NCBI GenBank assembly: GCA_963721455.1
Contig: CAVRJG010000066.1
Span: forward strand, 1 to 57,637
Length of the DNA: 57,637 nucleotides
Direction: 5' to 3'
Source: an uncultured Methanosarcinaceae archaeon
GTDB lineage: Archaea; Halobacteriota; Methanosarcinia; Methanosarcinales; Methanosarcinaceae
This document shows positions 1-9,959 of the stretch, piece after piece (position 1 is the first letter of the stretch; every line of letters begins with the position of its first letter). The translations under genes were made by a program, and so were the position numbers. The notes beneath the pieces were generated by a model. It ran no database searches, was not told the origin of the DNA, and saw only the letters and a program-made list of their open reading frames with translations.

Positions 1-7
1 AATTCCC

Positions 8-1210
8 GTGCCGAAAATCATTAATTCCCATAAGAGGCGAAAAGAACTGAATTTTCTGAATATAGCTTCAGTCTTAATTTTGACTTTACTGACAATTTTT
101 CCTGTAGCTGCCTCAGTTGACAGCCCTGGGTATTCCCATTCTACAGAGACAGGAGCTTTTCCAGGGCAGGTATCTGCCGAAGTCCAGGGAGATGCTGGAA
201 GTTCCATACCTCCTTTCACTCCATACAAAGATCCGGAAATTATCCAAAATGTCGATCAATATGTAGACGTAGCCTACATGCTGGGAGGAATTGGAGCAGC
301 AGTTCTGATCTGTCTCATATATCCACTCATAGACAGAAGAGTAAACGGGCTTGTAATAAATTTCCCAAAACTCCCCAATTCATTAAAAATCAGAAAACTA
401 ATAGGGATTGAGAACACAGACCTGGACAGGATTAAGGCACAAAGAATCAGGCTCTGTACAGCAATTCCGGTCCTCTGCATAGTCTTTGCTGAACTTTTGA
501 TATTTTCAGGAAGAATGGAAGCAGCCGTCTGGATTCATATATGGACATTAATTGCTCTTTCCCTCTCCTACGCATTCATAAAAGATCCGGAAATCCACAA
601 AATACACATGGCGCTAATGCTCCTCCCTGTCCTGAGACTTATAAACCTATCAATGCCTATCTTTTTTGAGACCACTCTTTATACATTTATCTTCGTGTAC
701 GGAACTCTTGCAATTCCAGTGGCATTTATATTAATGCAAGAACGGAGTTCTTTCAAAGAAATAGGCATTACCACAAAGAATATTCTCCCATACATGATCA
801 TCTCGTTACCCCTCGGTTTTCTTCTTGGGCTCGGAGAATACCTGACCATCCGCCCAGGCTACCTTATCCCGGACCTTTCCTTCGGAAACCTGCTTAAGCT
901 CACTTTCATAATGGTCTTTTTTGTGGGCCTTGTCGAAGAACTTATATTCAGGACGATTCTCCAGACCAGGCTCGAACATGCGCTAAGTGCTCAAGAAGCC
1001 CTCGTAATTACAAGTCTCCTGTTCGGGCTCATGCACTCGGGATACGGTACCTACCACGAAATTATCTATACCGGCTTTGTAGGGTTCATAATGGGCTTTG
1101 CCTTCTACAAAACAAGAAGCCTGCCTTTTGTTGCTGTCCTGCACGGGTTCGTCAACGTATTTCTTTTCGGAATCCTGCCCCTTCATCTGATAGGCTGGAC
1201 ATGGATCTGA
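8..1210 (+). CDS. CPBP (CAAX/Abi family) intramembrane metalloprotease with N-terminal extension
   Basis: Multi-TM protein with motifs GLVEELIFR (EExxxR), FGLMH and HGFVN. Start uncertain at the window edge. Confidence 0.85.
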   Translation: MPKIINSHKRRKELNFLNIASVLILTLLTIFPVAASVDSPGYSHSTETGAFPGQVSAEVQGDAGSSIPPFTPYKDPEIIQNVDQYVDVAYMLGGIGAAVLICLIYPLIDRRVNGLVINFPKLPNSLKIRKLIGIENTDLDRIKAQRIRLCTAIPVLCIVFAELLIFSGRMEAAVWIHIWTLIALSLSYAFIKDPEIHKIHMALMLLPVLRLINLSMPIFFETTLYTFIFVYGTLAIPVAFILMQERSSFKEIGITTKNILPYMIISLPLGFLLGLGEYLTIRPGYLIPDLSFGNLLKLTFIMVFFVGLVEELIFRTILQTRLEHALSAQEALVITSLLFGLMHSGYGTYHEIIYTGFVGFIMGFAFYKTRSLPFVAVLHGFVNVFLFGILPLHLIGWTWI

Positions 1211-1217
1211 TATCCCT

Positions 1218-2695
1218 GTGAACTACCCCTCCCTGCCTGATGGCGAGGAAGGGGCTTCCTACGAGTACTTATATCATCTGAGGATTGGATTCTAAGAATC
1301 TAATCGACATCAATAAGCCTGTTTGTCGTAGATTTCCAGAAAATATCTGAAAGCTTGTCCACAAAGCATTTTGCGATAGGAAATTATACATGATATTGAT
1401 TGCAGAATTTTGATCTCTATCAAGATAATTACCACAATCGCACTCCATAATTCTTTTCCATAATGGCATCTCATGGAGTTTTCCACAGACATAACACATT
1501 TTGGAAGTATAGCTTTCATCAATTTTTATTACACGTTTACCTATAAGTTCTGCCTTATAGGCTAAAAATTCAATGAAGCGGGATAAATAACCTTGATTCT
1601 GAGTTGATCTATTCATAGCTCTTTTCCTTTTCCCTTTATGTTTTTTGGATTGAGCCATGTTCTTAACTGCAAGTTTTCCAATAATGATAGTATTAGCTTT
1701 AGTATTATTTACCGTTTTTTTGGATAACTTATGTTGGAAATCTTTCAGTTGATTAGATTTTTTTCTTTCCATTTTCCTGTAATTACTATGAAGCTGAAGC
1801 CATTTCCTACTCTTCTTTTTGCAATGATCCCTTCTGGATTTGATAAAATCTATTTTAGGATTCCAGTATTTATCAGGTCTTGGAGTCATTACTTCATGGA
1901 TTTTTCCTTTAAGGTTGATGCAGGTTACTATTTTTGTGATTCCAGCGTCAATCGCCTGATAATTACCATTATCATTATATTGTTCGGGTACTACATCATA
2001 GGTTATGGAAACAAAGAAATCTCCTTTTCCATGATACGGATCATCATTATAGATTTCCACTTGTTTGATGTTAGGAAATAATTTAGCAATTTCAAAATCA
2101 AGAGGAACATCGCTAACATTATGAGAAAAACTAATCCTTCCATTATTGATTTTGAAACCACTTTGATTGTACGGAATAGTTCGGAAATAATTTCTACTAC
2201 GGAAATTTGGTGGTCTTGCAGTCAAATCTCCATTTTTCCTTAGAGCAAAAAAAGACTTATAATTAGCATCAAGTTTTTTCAGAACCCCTTGTAGAGTTTT
2301 GGAATACACTATCTTGTATTCAGGATTCTTTTTCTTGAACTCTGAAAGTTTGTTCTGTTGATCTACATACTTGATGCTTTTTCGCTCTAATTTCCATACA
2401 TCTTTTCTTTCAGCTAAGGCTAGATTATACAAAGAGCAACACCTATCGGAAAGTTCCCAAAGGATTTTCAATTGTTCTTTTGTTGGATATATCTTAACCT
2501 TTGCCGTTAGATGCATATTAGTATATAAATGAGACTTATAAGAATAAATAGATTTTCTGAATTAAAAAAGGTTAATTGTTTATAAGTCAAACAAAATTTT
2601 TGCTACTGTGCGAGGCTTTGCTTTCATCCCCCATCTGTCGGGCTGATGCCCTCCGAGGAAGGGGGACTTCTCGCTGTGCCTCCGCATTCCCAAAG
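1218..2695 (-). mobile_element. IS200/IS605 (IS1341-like, tnpB-only) element 1
   Basis: Right end GTGAACTACCCC..GGGGCTTCC hairpin from 1218; left-end hairpin ~2625-2670; TTTAA just outside the left end on the minus strand; no tnpA. Confidence 0.8.
1269..2516 (-). CDS. tnpB: RNA-guided endonuclease TnpB, intact ORF with rearranged RuvC-II
   Basis: N-terminal KVKIYPT, AIDAG (RuvC-I), IIIGKL/KIDESYTSK, CxxC..CxC zinc finger, DRDQNSAINI. Confidence 0.93.
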   Translation of the reverse strand: MHLTAKVKIYPTKEQLKILWELSDRCCSLYNLALAERKDVWKLERKSIKYVDQQNKLSEFKKKNPEYKIVYSKTLQGVLKKLDANYKSFFALRKNGDLTARPPNFRSRNYFRTIPYNQSGFKINNGRISFSHNVSDVPLDFEIAKLFPNIKQVEIYNDDPYHGKGDFFVSITYDVVPEQYNDNGNYQAIDAGITKIVTCINLKGKIHEVMTPRPDKYWNPKIDFIKSRRDHCKKKSRKWLQLHSNYRKMERKKSNQLKDFQHKLSKKTVNNTKANTIIIGKLAVKNMAQSKKHKGKRKRAMNRSTQNQGYLSRFIEFLAYKAELIGKRVIKIDESYTSKMCYVCGKLHEMPLWKRIMECDCGNYLDRDQNSAINIMYNFLSQNALWTSFQIFSGNLRQTGLLMSIRFLESNPQMI

Positions 2696-2871
2696 TTAAA
2701 GATTTTTTCCAATTTTTTCTGGAAATCTCAGAACCATCCCCTATTATTTGGTTGATGTAATTTCCAAAAATCCTTAATGCCTTCCTGCCTGCTTATTTAA
2801 TTCAGTATTCCGCAACCATTGAAAACGGAAAACACTGAAAATGGTAATATCGGAACACTTTCCGTATCCAA

Positions 2872-2918
2872 AGGAAAGAATAAAAGGAAAGAATAAAAGG
2901 AAAGAATAAAAGGAAAAA
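2872..2918 (+). repeat. 13-bp tandem repeat AAAGGAAAGAATA x3+ (T-rich on the minus strand, possible terminator)
   Basis: Seen directly, downstream of the 2953-3216 minus-strand ORF. Confidence 0.7.
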
Positions 2919-2952
2919 ATAGAAGAAATGAAATTTATGTTTAATTATGGAA

Positions 2953-3216
2953 TCAGACAATCTCTGCTACCTTGTAAACAACAATAGCTGTAAAGGTAAA
3001 AAGCAGAGGCACAATTGCCAGATTAAAAGAGCTATTAAGGTATTTGCTCCAGATTTCAGATGATGAAATCACTTCTTTTAGAGAAAGTAGGATTATAAGC
3101 GAGATAACCACTAGAGCCCCATACTGAGGAAGTCCAGGGGTTGTGACCATTGAAATTGCACTCGAAGCGGCAGCGCTTGAAGAAATAATGTTAGATGAGA
3201 TACTGCTTAGTAACAT
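2953..3216 (-). CDS. Small membrane protein (Ser/Ala-rich N-terminus, two TM helices)
   Basis: 87-aa ORF with two hydrophobic segments and an AT-rich upstream region. Confidence 0.7.
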   Translation of the reverse strand: MLLSSISSNIISSSAAASSAISMVTTPGLPQYGALVVISLIILLSLKEVISSSEIWSKYLNSSFNLAIVPLLFTFTAIVVYKVAEIV

Positions 3217-3570
3217 AGTAACGCCTTCTATCGATAAAATCCCTTTTCTAAATGATAAGAATAACTGCTTGCAGGTATTGTAAAACTATTGAAATAATGA
3301 GATATTAGTGGAATAACAATAACACTATAGTATAAAAAGTTTTATTAAGCTTTAATTTTTAAGGAAAATAAATTACTTTGCCAGGCTATAAACTAATTAA
3401 CAGGTTTTTTGAAAATTCTGCGCTCATAGAGTATGTGTTTATACAGAAAATATAATGTCAGGGAACCTTTAGCTCTGAAGCGGGATGCACAGGGCTATTA
3501 GCAATTTGCCGGCATCTACAAAGAGATTTGCAAACGAATAGCTGTGCAATCAGCACAACTATTCAGAGAC

Positions 3571-4893
3571 GTGAACTACCAACGGCTAAAGCACGTTGGC
3601 TTCCTACTTCATCCCTCTCTCTTTTAAGAACAAGTCCATAGGCTCTTCCCTGCGTTCCGCAGGTGTCAAGTAGTTATGAGATTTTGATCAAGGAGAGAGA
3701 ACTTTTTGATATTAATTGCAGCATTAATATCCCTATCATGCGGAGTCTTGCAATCAGGGCAAATCCATTCTCTATCCTTTAATGTCAAATCTGAATTATA
3801 ATATCCACAAACGTTACAAAGTTTAGAGGATGGTTCAAATCTTCCTATTCTTAGAATAGTTTTCCCGAACCATTCAGCTTTATACTCTAACTTTGTTACA
3901 AAACTACTCCATGCAGAATCTGAAATAGCCTGTGCAAGACAGTGATTTTTCTGCATCCCTTTAACATTCAGAGTTTCCAACGCAATAGCTTGGTTCTCGC
4001 TTATTATTTTAGAAGAGATTTGATGCTGGAGATTATGTCTCTGATTGCTAATTTTCTCATGGATTTTTGAGAGTAGCATTCGTGCTTCATCTCTACGTTT
4101 AGAACCTTTTACTTTTCTTGATACTCTTTTTTGGAGACATTTCAGCCTTTTAAGAGAATTTTTTAGGTATTTAGGGTTGTCAATTTTTTTTCCTGTAGAA
4201 AGAACTGCAAAATCTTTGATACCTACATCTACTCCTACAGTAGTAGATTCCAAATATTTTTGTTTATTAGGAAGTTCTTTTTCATATTCTACAAGAATAC
4301 TGATATAGTATTTTCCTGTGCAGGATCTTGAAATGGTTGCAGTTCTCAAAGTACCTTCAAACTTTTATGGAAAATAGCTTCAACTTTTCCGATCTTAGGA
4401 AGTTTCACAATACTGTTTTCAAAATCTACGGTATAATGTTGAGGTACGGGAAAAGATTGAATAGGGTTCTTTTTCGATTTGAAGTTTGGAAATCCGTTCT
4501 TCTCTCTAAAAAATCGAGTGAAAGCAGCATCTACATGTTTTGTCATACCTTGAAGTGCTTGAGAATTAGTTTCTTTCAGAAAAGGTTTTTCGGTTTTCAA
4601 GATAGGGAGAAGCTATCAATATCAAAATAGGAAATTGATTTTCCAGTTTGTTCATAAGTTTTTATTTTCTGTTCTAAAGCCCAATTATAGACTAACCTAC
4701 AGCAGCCAATATGCTTATCTATTGACACTTTTTGTTTTTTTGTAGGTTTCAATCTATACTTACAGGCTTTTAACATTACTATTTATACGCTTTACCCGCA
4801 TATATAACCTAGGGGTAAACTTTAAAATGTAAGACGGTTAAGTTGACGGATTCATCCCACGACTAAAATCGTGGGCTTTCTCCTTCGACTTTC
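3571..4893 (-). mobile_element. IS200/IS605 tnpB-only element 2 (degenerate)
   Basis: Right end GTGAACTACCAACG-GCTAAAGCA-CGTTGG hairpin; left end CCCACGA-CTAAAA-TCGTGGG hairpin; TTTAC outside the left end on the minus strand. Confidence 0.8.
3666..4776 (-). pseudogene. tnpB: TnpB pseudogene (two frameshifts, canonical RuvC)
   Basis: MLKACKYRLKPT start at 4776; fragments 4346-4600 and 3666-4349; GVDVG, IALETL and DRDINAA motifs. Confidence 0.88.
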
Positions 4894-4946
4894 GTAAAAT
4901 TCCATAGGAAGCATTTTCTTCACTGCAAAAGAGTAAAAAGGAAAGA

Positions 4947-5546
4947 TTAGCTTTCCTCCACTTTTTGCCTTCCCATCTCAAAAGCCCTGAGGTTTACTTC
5001 AACTGTTTTCTGCGGCACAAGGGCTTTAACGCTTTCAAGCAGGGTTTCTTTCGGAATCGGCAGATAGCCTGAGACTGCCCCTACCATCACGACATTCATT
5101 GCAAGCCTGCTGCCGGCTTCAAACGCCAGTTCATCGGCGTTGAAGGCTTTGACTATGTATTTTTCAGAAAGGACGTCAAGGATCTCCTGGACATCCGGGT
5201 ATTTTGCAAGGCCAGAAGTGACAGTAACAGGAATCACGGTCTGGGTATTTACTATGACAACTCCCCCGTCTTTCAGGAAATCCAGGTACCGGACTGCCTC
5301 CATGGGCTCAAGGGCAAGCATCAGGTCTGCACCTTTTTTCGGGATCATGGACCCGAAATCTTCCCCTATCCGGATATGGTTTACAACCGAGCCTCCGCGC
5401 TGGGCCATTCCGTGGGTTTCCGCAGCCCGGATTGGCAGCCCTGCAGCAACTGCGGCTTTTCCGATAATGTCCGAAGCAAGGATTGCACCCTGCCCCCCGA
5501 CTCCCGTGATAAGGAGATCGAATTTCTTTTGCTCAACCTGGTTCAT
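4947..5546 (-). CDS. iorB: Indolepyruvate ferredoxin oxidoreductase beta subunit
   Basis: GVGGQG and ETHGMAQRGGSV motifs; overlaps the iorA stop. Confidence 0.95.
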   Translation of the reverse strand: MNQVEQKKFDLLITGVGGQGAILASDIIGKAAVAAGLPIRAAETHGMAQRGGSVVNHIRIGEDFGSMIPKKGADLMLALEPMEAVRYLDFLKDGGVVIVNTQTVIPVTVTSGLAKYPDVQEILDVLSEKYIVKAFNADELAFEAGSRLAMNVVMVGAVSGYLPIPKETLLESVKALVPQKTVEVNLRAFEMGRQKVEES

Positions 5547-7345
5547 TTCTTCACCTCCCGGATAGCTTCAAACTTACAGATCTGGGCGCAGACCCCGCAC
5601 CCGCTGCAAAGGGCAGTAATCACAGCACGTTTGTTTTCCTCGTCAAACTCGATTGCAGGGCAGCCGAACTTCACACACTGCTTGCAGCCTTCGCATTTTT
5701 CAGGGTCAACGACATATGGGACCCGGCGTATACCTGCCCTTTTTCCGGAGATCACGCAGGGCTGACTGGCAATAACCACGGCTGTGCCTTTGAAATCCTT
5801 TGCTGCCCTGAAAGCTTCCTGGGTTTCTTCAAGCCTGTAAGGGTCAACAACAGATACGAATTCTGCTCCCATGGCTTTGCAGAGTTCGGCAAGCGAGACC
5901 TGTACAGTTGGTTCTCCTGTTACTGTAAAACCGACGCCCGGATTTGGCTGGTGCCCTGTCATGGCTGTAATGCGGTTGTCCAGGATCGTAACCGTGATGT
6001 TTGCTTTATTGAAAACCGCGTTCAGGAAAGAGTTCATGCCTGTATGGAAAAAAGTTGAGTCCCCTATGGAACAGCAGATAGGGCGCTTTTCCCCTGCATG
6101 GTAAAGCCCTGAGGCAATGCTGATGCTTGAGCCCATACAGAGCGTTGTCTCAACAGTCCCGCTCTGGATCCCCAGGGTGTAACAGCCAATGTCGCTGGGA
6201 TAGATAGCATCCTTTCCAAAGACCTTTTTCATGGAATAGAAGGTTGCCCTGTGAGAGCAGCCTGCACAGAGGGCAGGCGGGCGGGGAGCGAGCTCAAGAG
6301 TCGTGCCTGAAGGTTCGGGTTCCATATTAAGGTCAAAGGCTTTCCTGAGAGCCTCAAGGAAGGCATTTAAGTCCAGTTCCCCTTCCCTGGAGACAAAACC
6401 GCCTGCCTTCCCGAGAATAGAGACCTCAAGACCTGCTTCCTGCGCAATCATCCTTACCTGTTCTTCCACAACAGGCTCGAGTTCCTCGAAGACAAGGATA
6501 GTATCAACAGTTTTAAGCAACTCAAGAATCAACTTTCTCGGAACCGGATAAGCTCCGATCTTCAGGAAAGAAGCTTCAATCTCAAGTTCCACCAGAGCTT
6601 CTTTTGCATATACCGAGGCAATGCCTGCGCTTATTACCCCCAGTTTTGCGCCGGGTTTCAGTTCCAGGGAATTCCAGGGGGATTCGGTAAGGGCATCTTC
6701 AATGGGCTGCTGGATAGAGAGGAGATGGGTATGGCGTGTGCGGGCATTTTTGGGCAGCATGACCCAGCGGTCGAGAAGTTTTTCAAAATAGGGAGCCGGT
6801 TTTTCTACGGGTATCTCCCCGAGCTTGATATCCGATTTCCCGTGCGAGATCCGGGTTGTGGGCCGGAAGATTACGGGGATTTCGAACTTTTCGGAAAACT
6901 CGAAGGCATAGGGAAGCATATCCTTGGCTTCCTGAGGGGTTGAGGGATCAAAGCAGGGCACAAGGGCAAACTGGGCATATCTCCGCGTATCCTGCTCATT
7001 CTGAGAGGAATGGCACGATGGGTCGTCAGCCACAATTGCAATCAGCCCGCCTTTCGTCCCGGCATAGGCAAGAGTCATGAAAGGGTCAGCTGCAACATTC
7101 AGCCCGACATGTTTCATTGTCACCACAGAACGGACTCCTGCCCAGGCTGCACCGACTGCAACTTCCATTGCAACCTTTTCGTTAACTGACCATTCTATAT
7201 GGTAGTCCCGGTCTTCCCGGCATGCAAGCGTATCTATGATCTCCGAGGAAGGGGTTCCGGGATAGCCTGCAATAACCTGCACGCCTCCTTCGAGAAGCCC
7301 GCGGGCGATTGCCACGTTTCCAAGCATGTACTCACGCATTGTCAT
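5543..7345 (-). CDS. iorA: Indolepyruvate ferredoxin oxidoreductase alpha subunit
   Basis: GYPGTPSSE, NEKVA, RPPALCAGC, GDSTFFH (TPP) motifs and a C-terminal 2x[4Fe-4S] domain. Start chosen after the GGAGA SD. Confidence 0.95.
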   Translation of the reverse strand: MTMREYMLGNVAIARGLLEGGVQVIAGYPGTPSSEIIDTLACREDRDYHIEWSVNEKVAMEVAVGAAWAGVRSVVTMKHVGLNVAADPFMTLAYAGTKGGLIAIVADDPSCHSSQNEQDTRRYAQFALVPCFDPSTPQEAKDMLPYAFEFSEKFEIPVIFRPTTRISHGKSDIKLGEIPVEKPAPYFEKLLDRWVMLPKNARTRHTHLLSIQQPIEDALTESPWNSLELKPGAKLGVISAGIASVYAKEALVELEIEASFLKIGAYPVPRKLILELLKTVDTILVFEELEPVVEEQVRMIAQEAGLEVSILGKAGGFVSREGELDLNAFLEALRKAFDLNMEPEPSGTTLELAPRPPALCAGCSHRATFYSMKKVFGKDAIYPSDIGCYTLGIQSGTVETTLCMGSSISIASGLYHAGEKRPICCSIGDSTFFHTGMNSFLNAVFNKANITVTILDNRITAMTGHQPNPGVGFTVTGEPTVQVSLAELCKAMGAEFVSVVDPYRLEETQEAFRAAKDFKGTAVVIASQPCVISGKRAGIRRVPYVVDPEKCEGCKQCVKFGCPAIEFDEENKRAVITALCSGCGVCAQICKFEAIREVKK

Positions 7346-7827
7346 AATTATTGTCTCCAGCATTTAAAGAGGAAAAATGCAGCTATGATATGGGTCATTC
7401 GGATGTTTTATTCCCTGAATTGTCAGATACTTTATTCCATACAATTCATCAAATTTTGTTCCGTGTACGGTTATCGGCAAACAGGCAACAGTAACAGAAA
7501 TATAATGCTGCCTTGATGAATTTCCATATGATAACGCCTGCTGTTAAGCAAACTAGGTAAAACTTTGCATTATCCAAAGAACATGATTAATAATATACTT
7601 TCGGATTGTGGGAGGTCTCAGCGAAACATCTCAGATACAGTTACTCTTTATAATCCCGACACTCTATCTCTAAGAGGTTGTCTTAAAATTCAAACCATTT
7701 CTACAATTGGATAATGGACAATGTTAACTTTAAATTCATATCGTAAATTTTTCCTAAAGATAGGACATAAGTCAAGAAGCTTTACTATTGATGAGATTAT
7801 CCTCAGAGCTTATGGAGAAGATAAAGA

Positions 7828-8133
7828 ATGTCAGTAGGATACTTAACTTATCGCCCGGGCGATATGATTCCAGTCAACAATGAACTGTTAAATAAATTTG
7901 AGATATACCGAGATAATCGATCTCAAGCTCAGACGATTCGGAATATATTATGTGCAGCGTTGGGCGTACACCTGAGCAAGATAGATCTCAGTTACGGTCA
8001 CGTTCAAAAAATAAGTACAAGGATAGAAGTGGCACTCGAAAAGGAAAGAAGTAAACGCGGGATATCTAAAAGAGAAACGGTTAGGCAGCTTGTCAGTGAA
8101 CAGTTGGATGAAATAAATGGAGCAAGAGGGTGA
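7828..8133 (+). CDS. Hypothetical protein, probable tandem ribbon-helix-helix DNA-binding protein
   Basis: GGAGA SD; C-terminal ISTRIEVALEKERSKRGISKRETVRQLV resembles CopG/RHH; stop codon lies inside an IS end. Confidence 0.55.
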   Translation: MSVGYLTYRPGDMIPVNNELLNKFEIYRDNRSQAQTIRNILCAALGVHLSKIDLSYGHVQKISTRIEVALEKERSKRGISKRETVRQLVSEQLDEINGARG

Positions 8134-8207
8134 ACTACTCCTCCCTAAACTTCTTCGCCTGACGGCTCAGGTTTGAGAGAGAGACTTCCTACGAGTATTT
8201 TCGTCAT
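8130..8207 (-). mobile_element. Orphan IS200/IS605 right end (omegaRNA 3' remnant)
   Basis: GTGAACTACTCCTCCCT...CTTCCTACGAGTA is homologous to 1218-1268; cut off by a MITE at CTAG. Confidence 0.75.
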
Positions 8208-8310
8208 CTAGTGCATCGATTCCATATATTCTCAATAAACCCAGGATAAACACAGATGAACACAGATAGTTTCAATTCGTGTTTACCCGTGTCCATCTGT
8301 AGTTTTTTAT
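8208..8310 (-). mobile_element. Partial IS630-derived MITE
   Basis: CTAGTGCATCGATTCC terminus; approximate reverse complement of ~37667-37766. Confidence 0.8.
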
Positions 8311-8368
8311 AGAAAGAAGCGTAAAACCCAGCTGAAAAAAGCCCGCCGGGAAAAATAAAAAGAGTGAA

Positions 8369-9175
8369 TCAATACCTGGCATGTTCCAGAAACTCTGCAA
8401 GCTTTGCAATTTCTTCCATCTCAAGGTCGAGCTCTTCGCCTTTAAGGGAAGCTTTAAAAAGTTCTCTTTTTGCCGGGATTTCAGCCACGACATTCACGCC
8501 ACTCACAGAAGTAAGCATTTCTTCCCTGATATCCGGCTCAACCCTGTTGAGCACAAAATAGACCTTACACCCGCACTGGCTGCCAAACTCATCGAATTTT
8601 TTCGAAAGCTTGAGGGACTCGTAGGAAGGGTCGACAACTACGAGAATCAGGTCAAAGTCCTTATCAACCCCGCGCCCGAAGTGCTCGGTTCCGGCTTCGG
8701 TATCCACGATTACGACATCGTCTTTTCCAAGGTCGAGGTTTTCAAGGAACTCCCTGGTCAGGACTCCCATGGGACAGGCACAACCCTCCCCGAAATCATG
8801 GATTTTGCCAACAGCCATCAGCCTGACTCCTTCCTTTTCTTCCACAAACCCCGCCGGGAGGTCGGAAAAACTCCACCTCTTCTTAAAAAACCGGGACTGC
8901 TGCTGCGCTGGCTGCCCTGTTGAACCGTTACTGGCTGCAAGCCCCCAGAACTGAGTAGTCTTGGGAGCCTTCTGTTTTTCCTTAAACCCCTTCTTTCCCC
9001 CAAAATACTCCATAAGATCCCGTGGAGCTGCCATTCCCAACTGGCTGTGCAGTCCGTAATTGGATTCGTCAATGTCAAGCACAAGCACGTTTTTCGTTTT
9101 TGCCATCTGCTTTGCAAGGAGCGCAGAAATCGTACTTTTTCCGCTTCCTCCTTTCCCGCACACTGCTATTCTCAT
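8369..9175 (-). CDS. CooC-family nickel-insertion ATPase (CO dehydrogenase maturation factor-like)
   Basis: GKGGSGKST deviant Walker A, GCACP metal motif, DTEAGTEHFGRG. Confidence 0.85.
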   Translation of the reverse strand: MRIAVCGKGGSGKSTISALLAKQMAKTKNVLVLDIDESNYGLHSQLGMAAPRDLMEYFGGKKGFKEKQKAPKTTQFWGLAASNGSTGQPAQQQSRFFKKRWSFSDLPAGFVEEKEGVRLMAVGKIHDFGEGCACPMGVLTREFLENLDLGKDDVVIVDTEAGTEHFGRGVDKDFDLILVVVDPSYESLKLSKKFDEFGSQCGCKVYFVLNRVEPDIREEMLTSVSGVNVVAEIPAKRELFKASLKGEELDLEMEEIAKLAEFLEHARY

Positions 9176-9959
9176 GTCCAGTTCACCTACCCCAGTAATT
9201 TATCCTGCTAAATTAAAAACGCTTCCTTTAAACATTTTCTCGCCCGAAAGACCCGAAGAAATAATGGGGAAAAGAAAGAAGAAAAAGGAAAAAAGAAAAG
9301 GAGAAAGAAAGGAAACAGGAAATCAAGAAGTGAATACCGGATATTGAGAAAAAGTTCCGTTTTTAAATGGAGATTAACAGGTGGTTGCGGGAGGGTAAAC
9401 GATCTGGAAAAACCCTCTCCATGTTTGGCAGATAGGATGTAGCGGGGGTGAGCGAAATCCCCATAAATAATTATGAACTTTTAGTATATAATTGCGCATG
9501 TTTTGATTCTTTTTGCAGTAATTAGGGCATTTGGGCTCAATTTTTTCCACTCACGCCTGAATTCTTAACCCTTATCGGAAGGTGAAAGATTTTGGTGCCT
9601 CAAACATTTAAGATATTTAATAAAGATAAGATCCTATCGGAATGTCAGAGCATACCTAAAATGTTGAAAAATGGCTAAATTTTTTCGTTATACTTTTTGA
9701 TATTTAAGAGTCATTTAGTAAGTTTATTGAGTAAAATTCAAAGGAAAAAATTAGATCATATGACCTATAAAAGTCTTAGTTGCGGCAACTTCGGAATTAT
9801 GGTATTTTATATTATTCTATGAAGGCGTGCCCATCATAGCTAAAGGTGGTGGACTTAAGAAAGAATATATCGGACTAAAAAATATTGAGATAATCCCGAA
9901 CGAAGGGAAGAAGAGTAAAGAGAAGTAAGAACAGCTAAAAATAAAAAACTATCCTTCAA

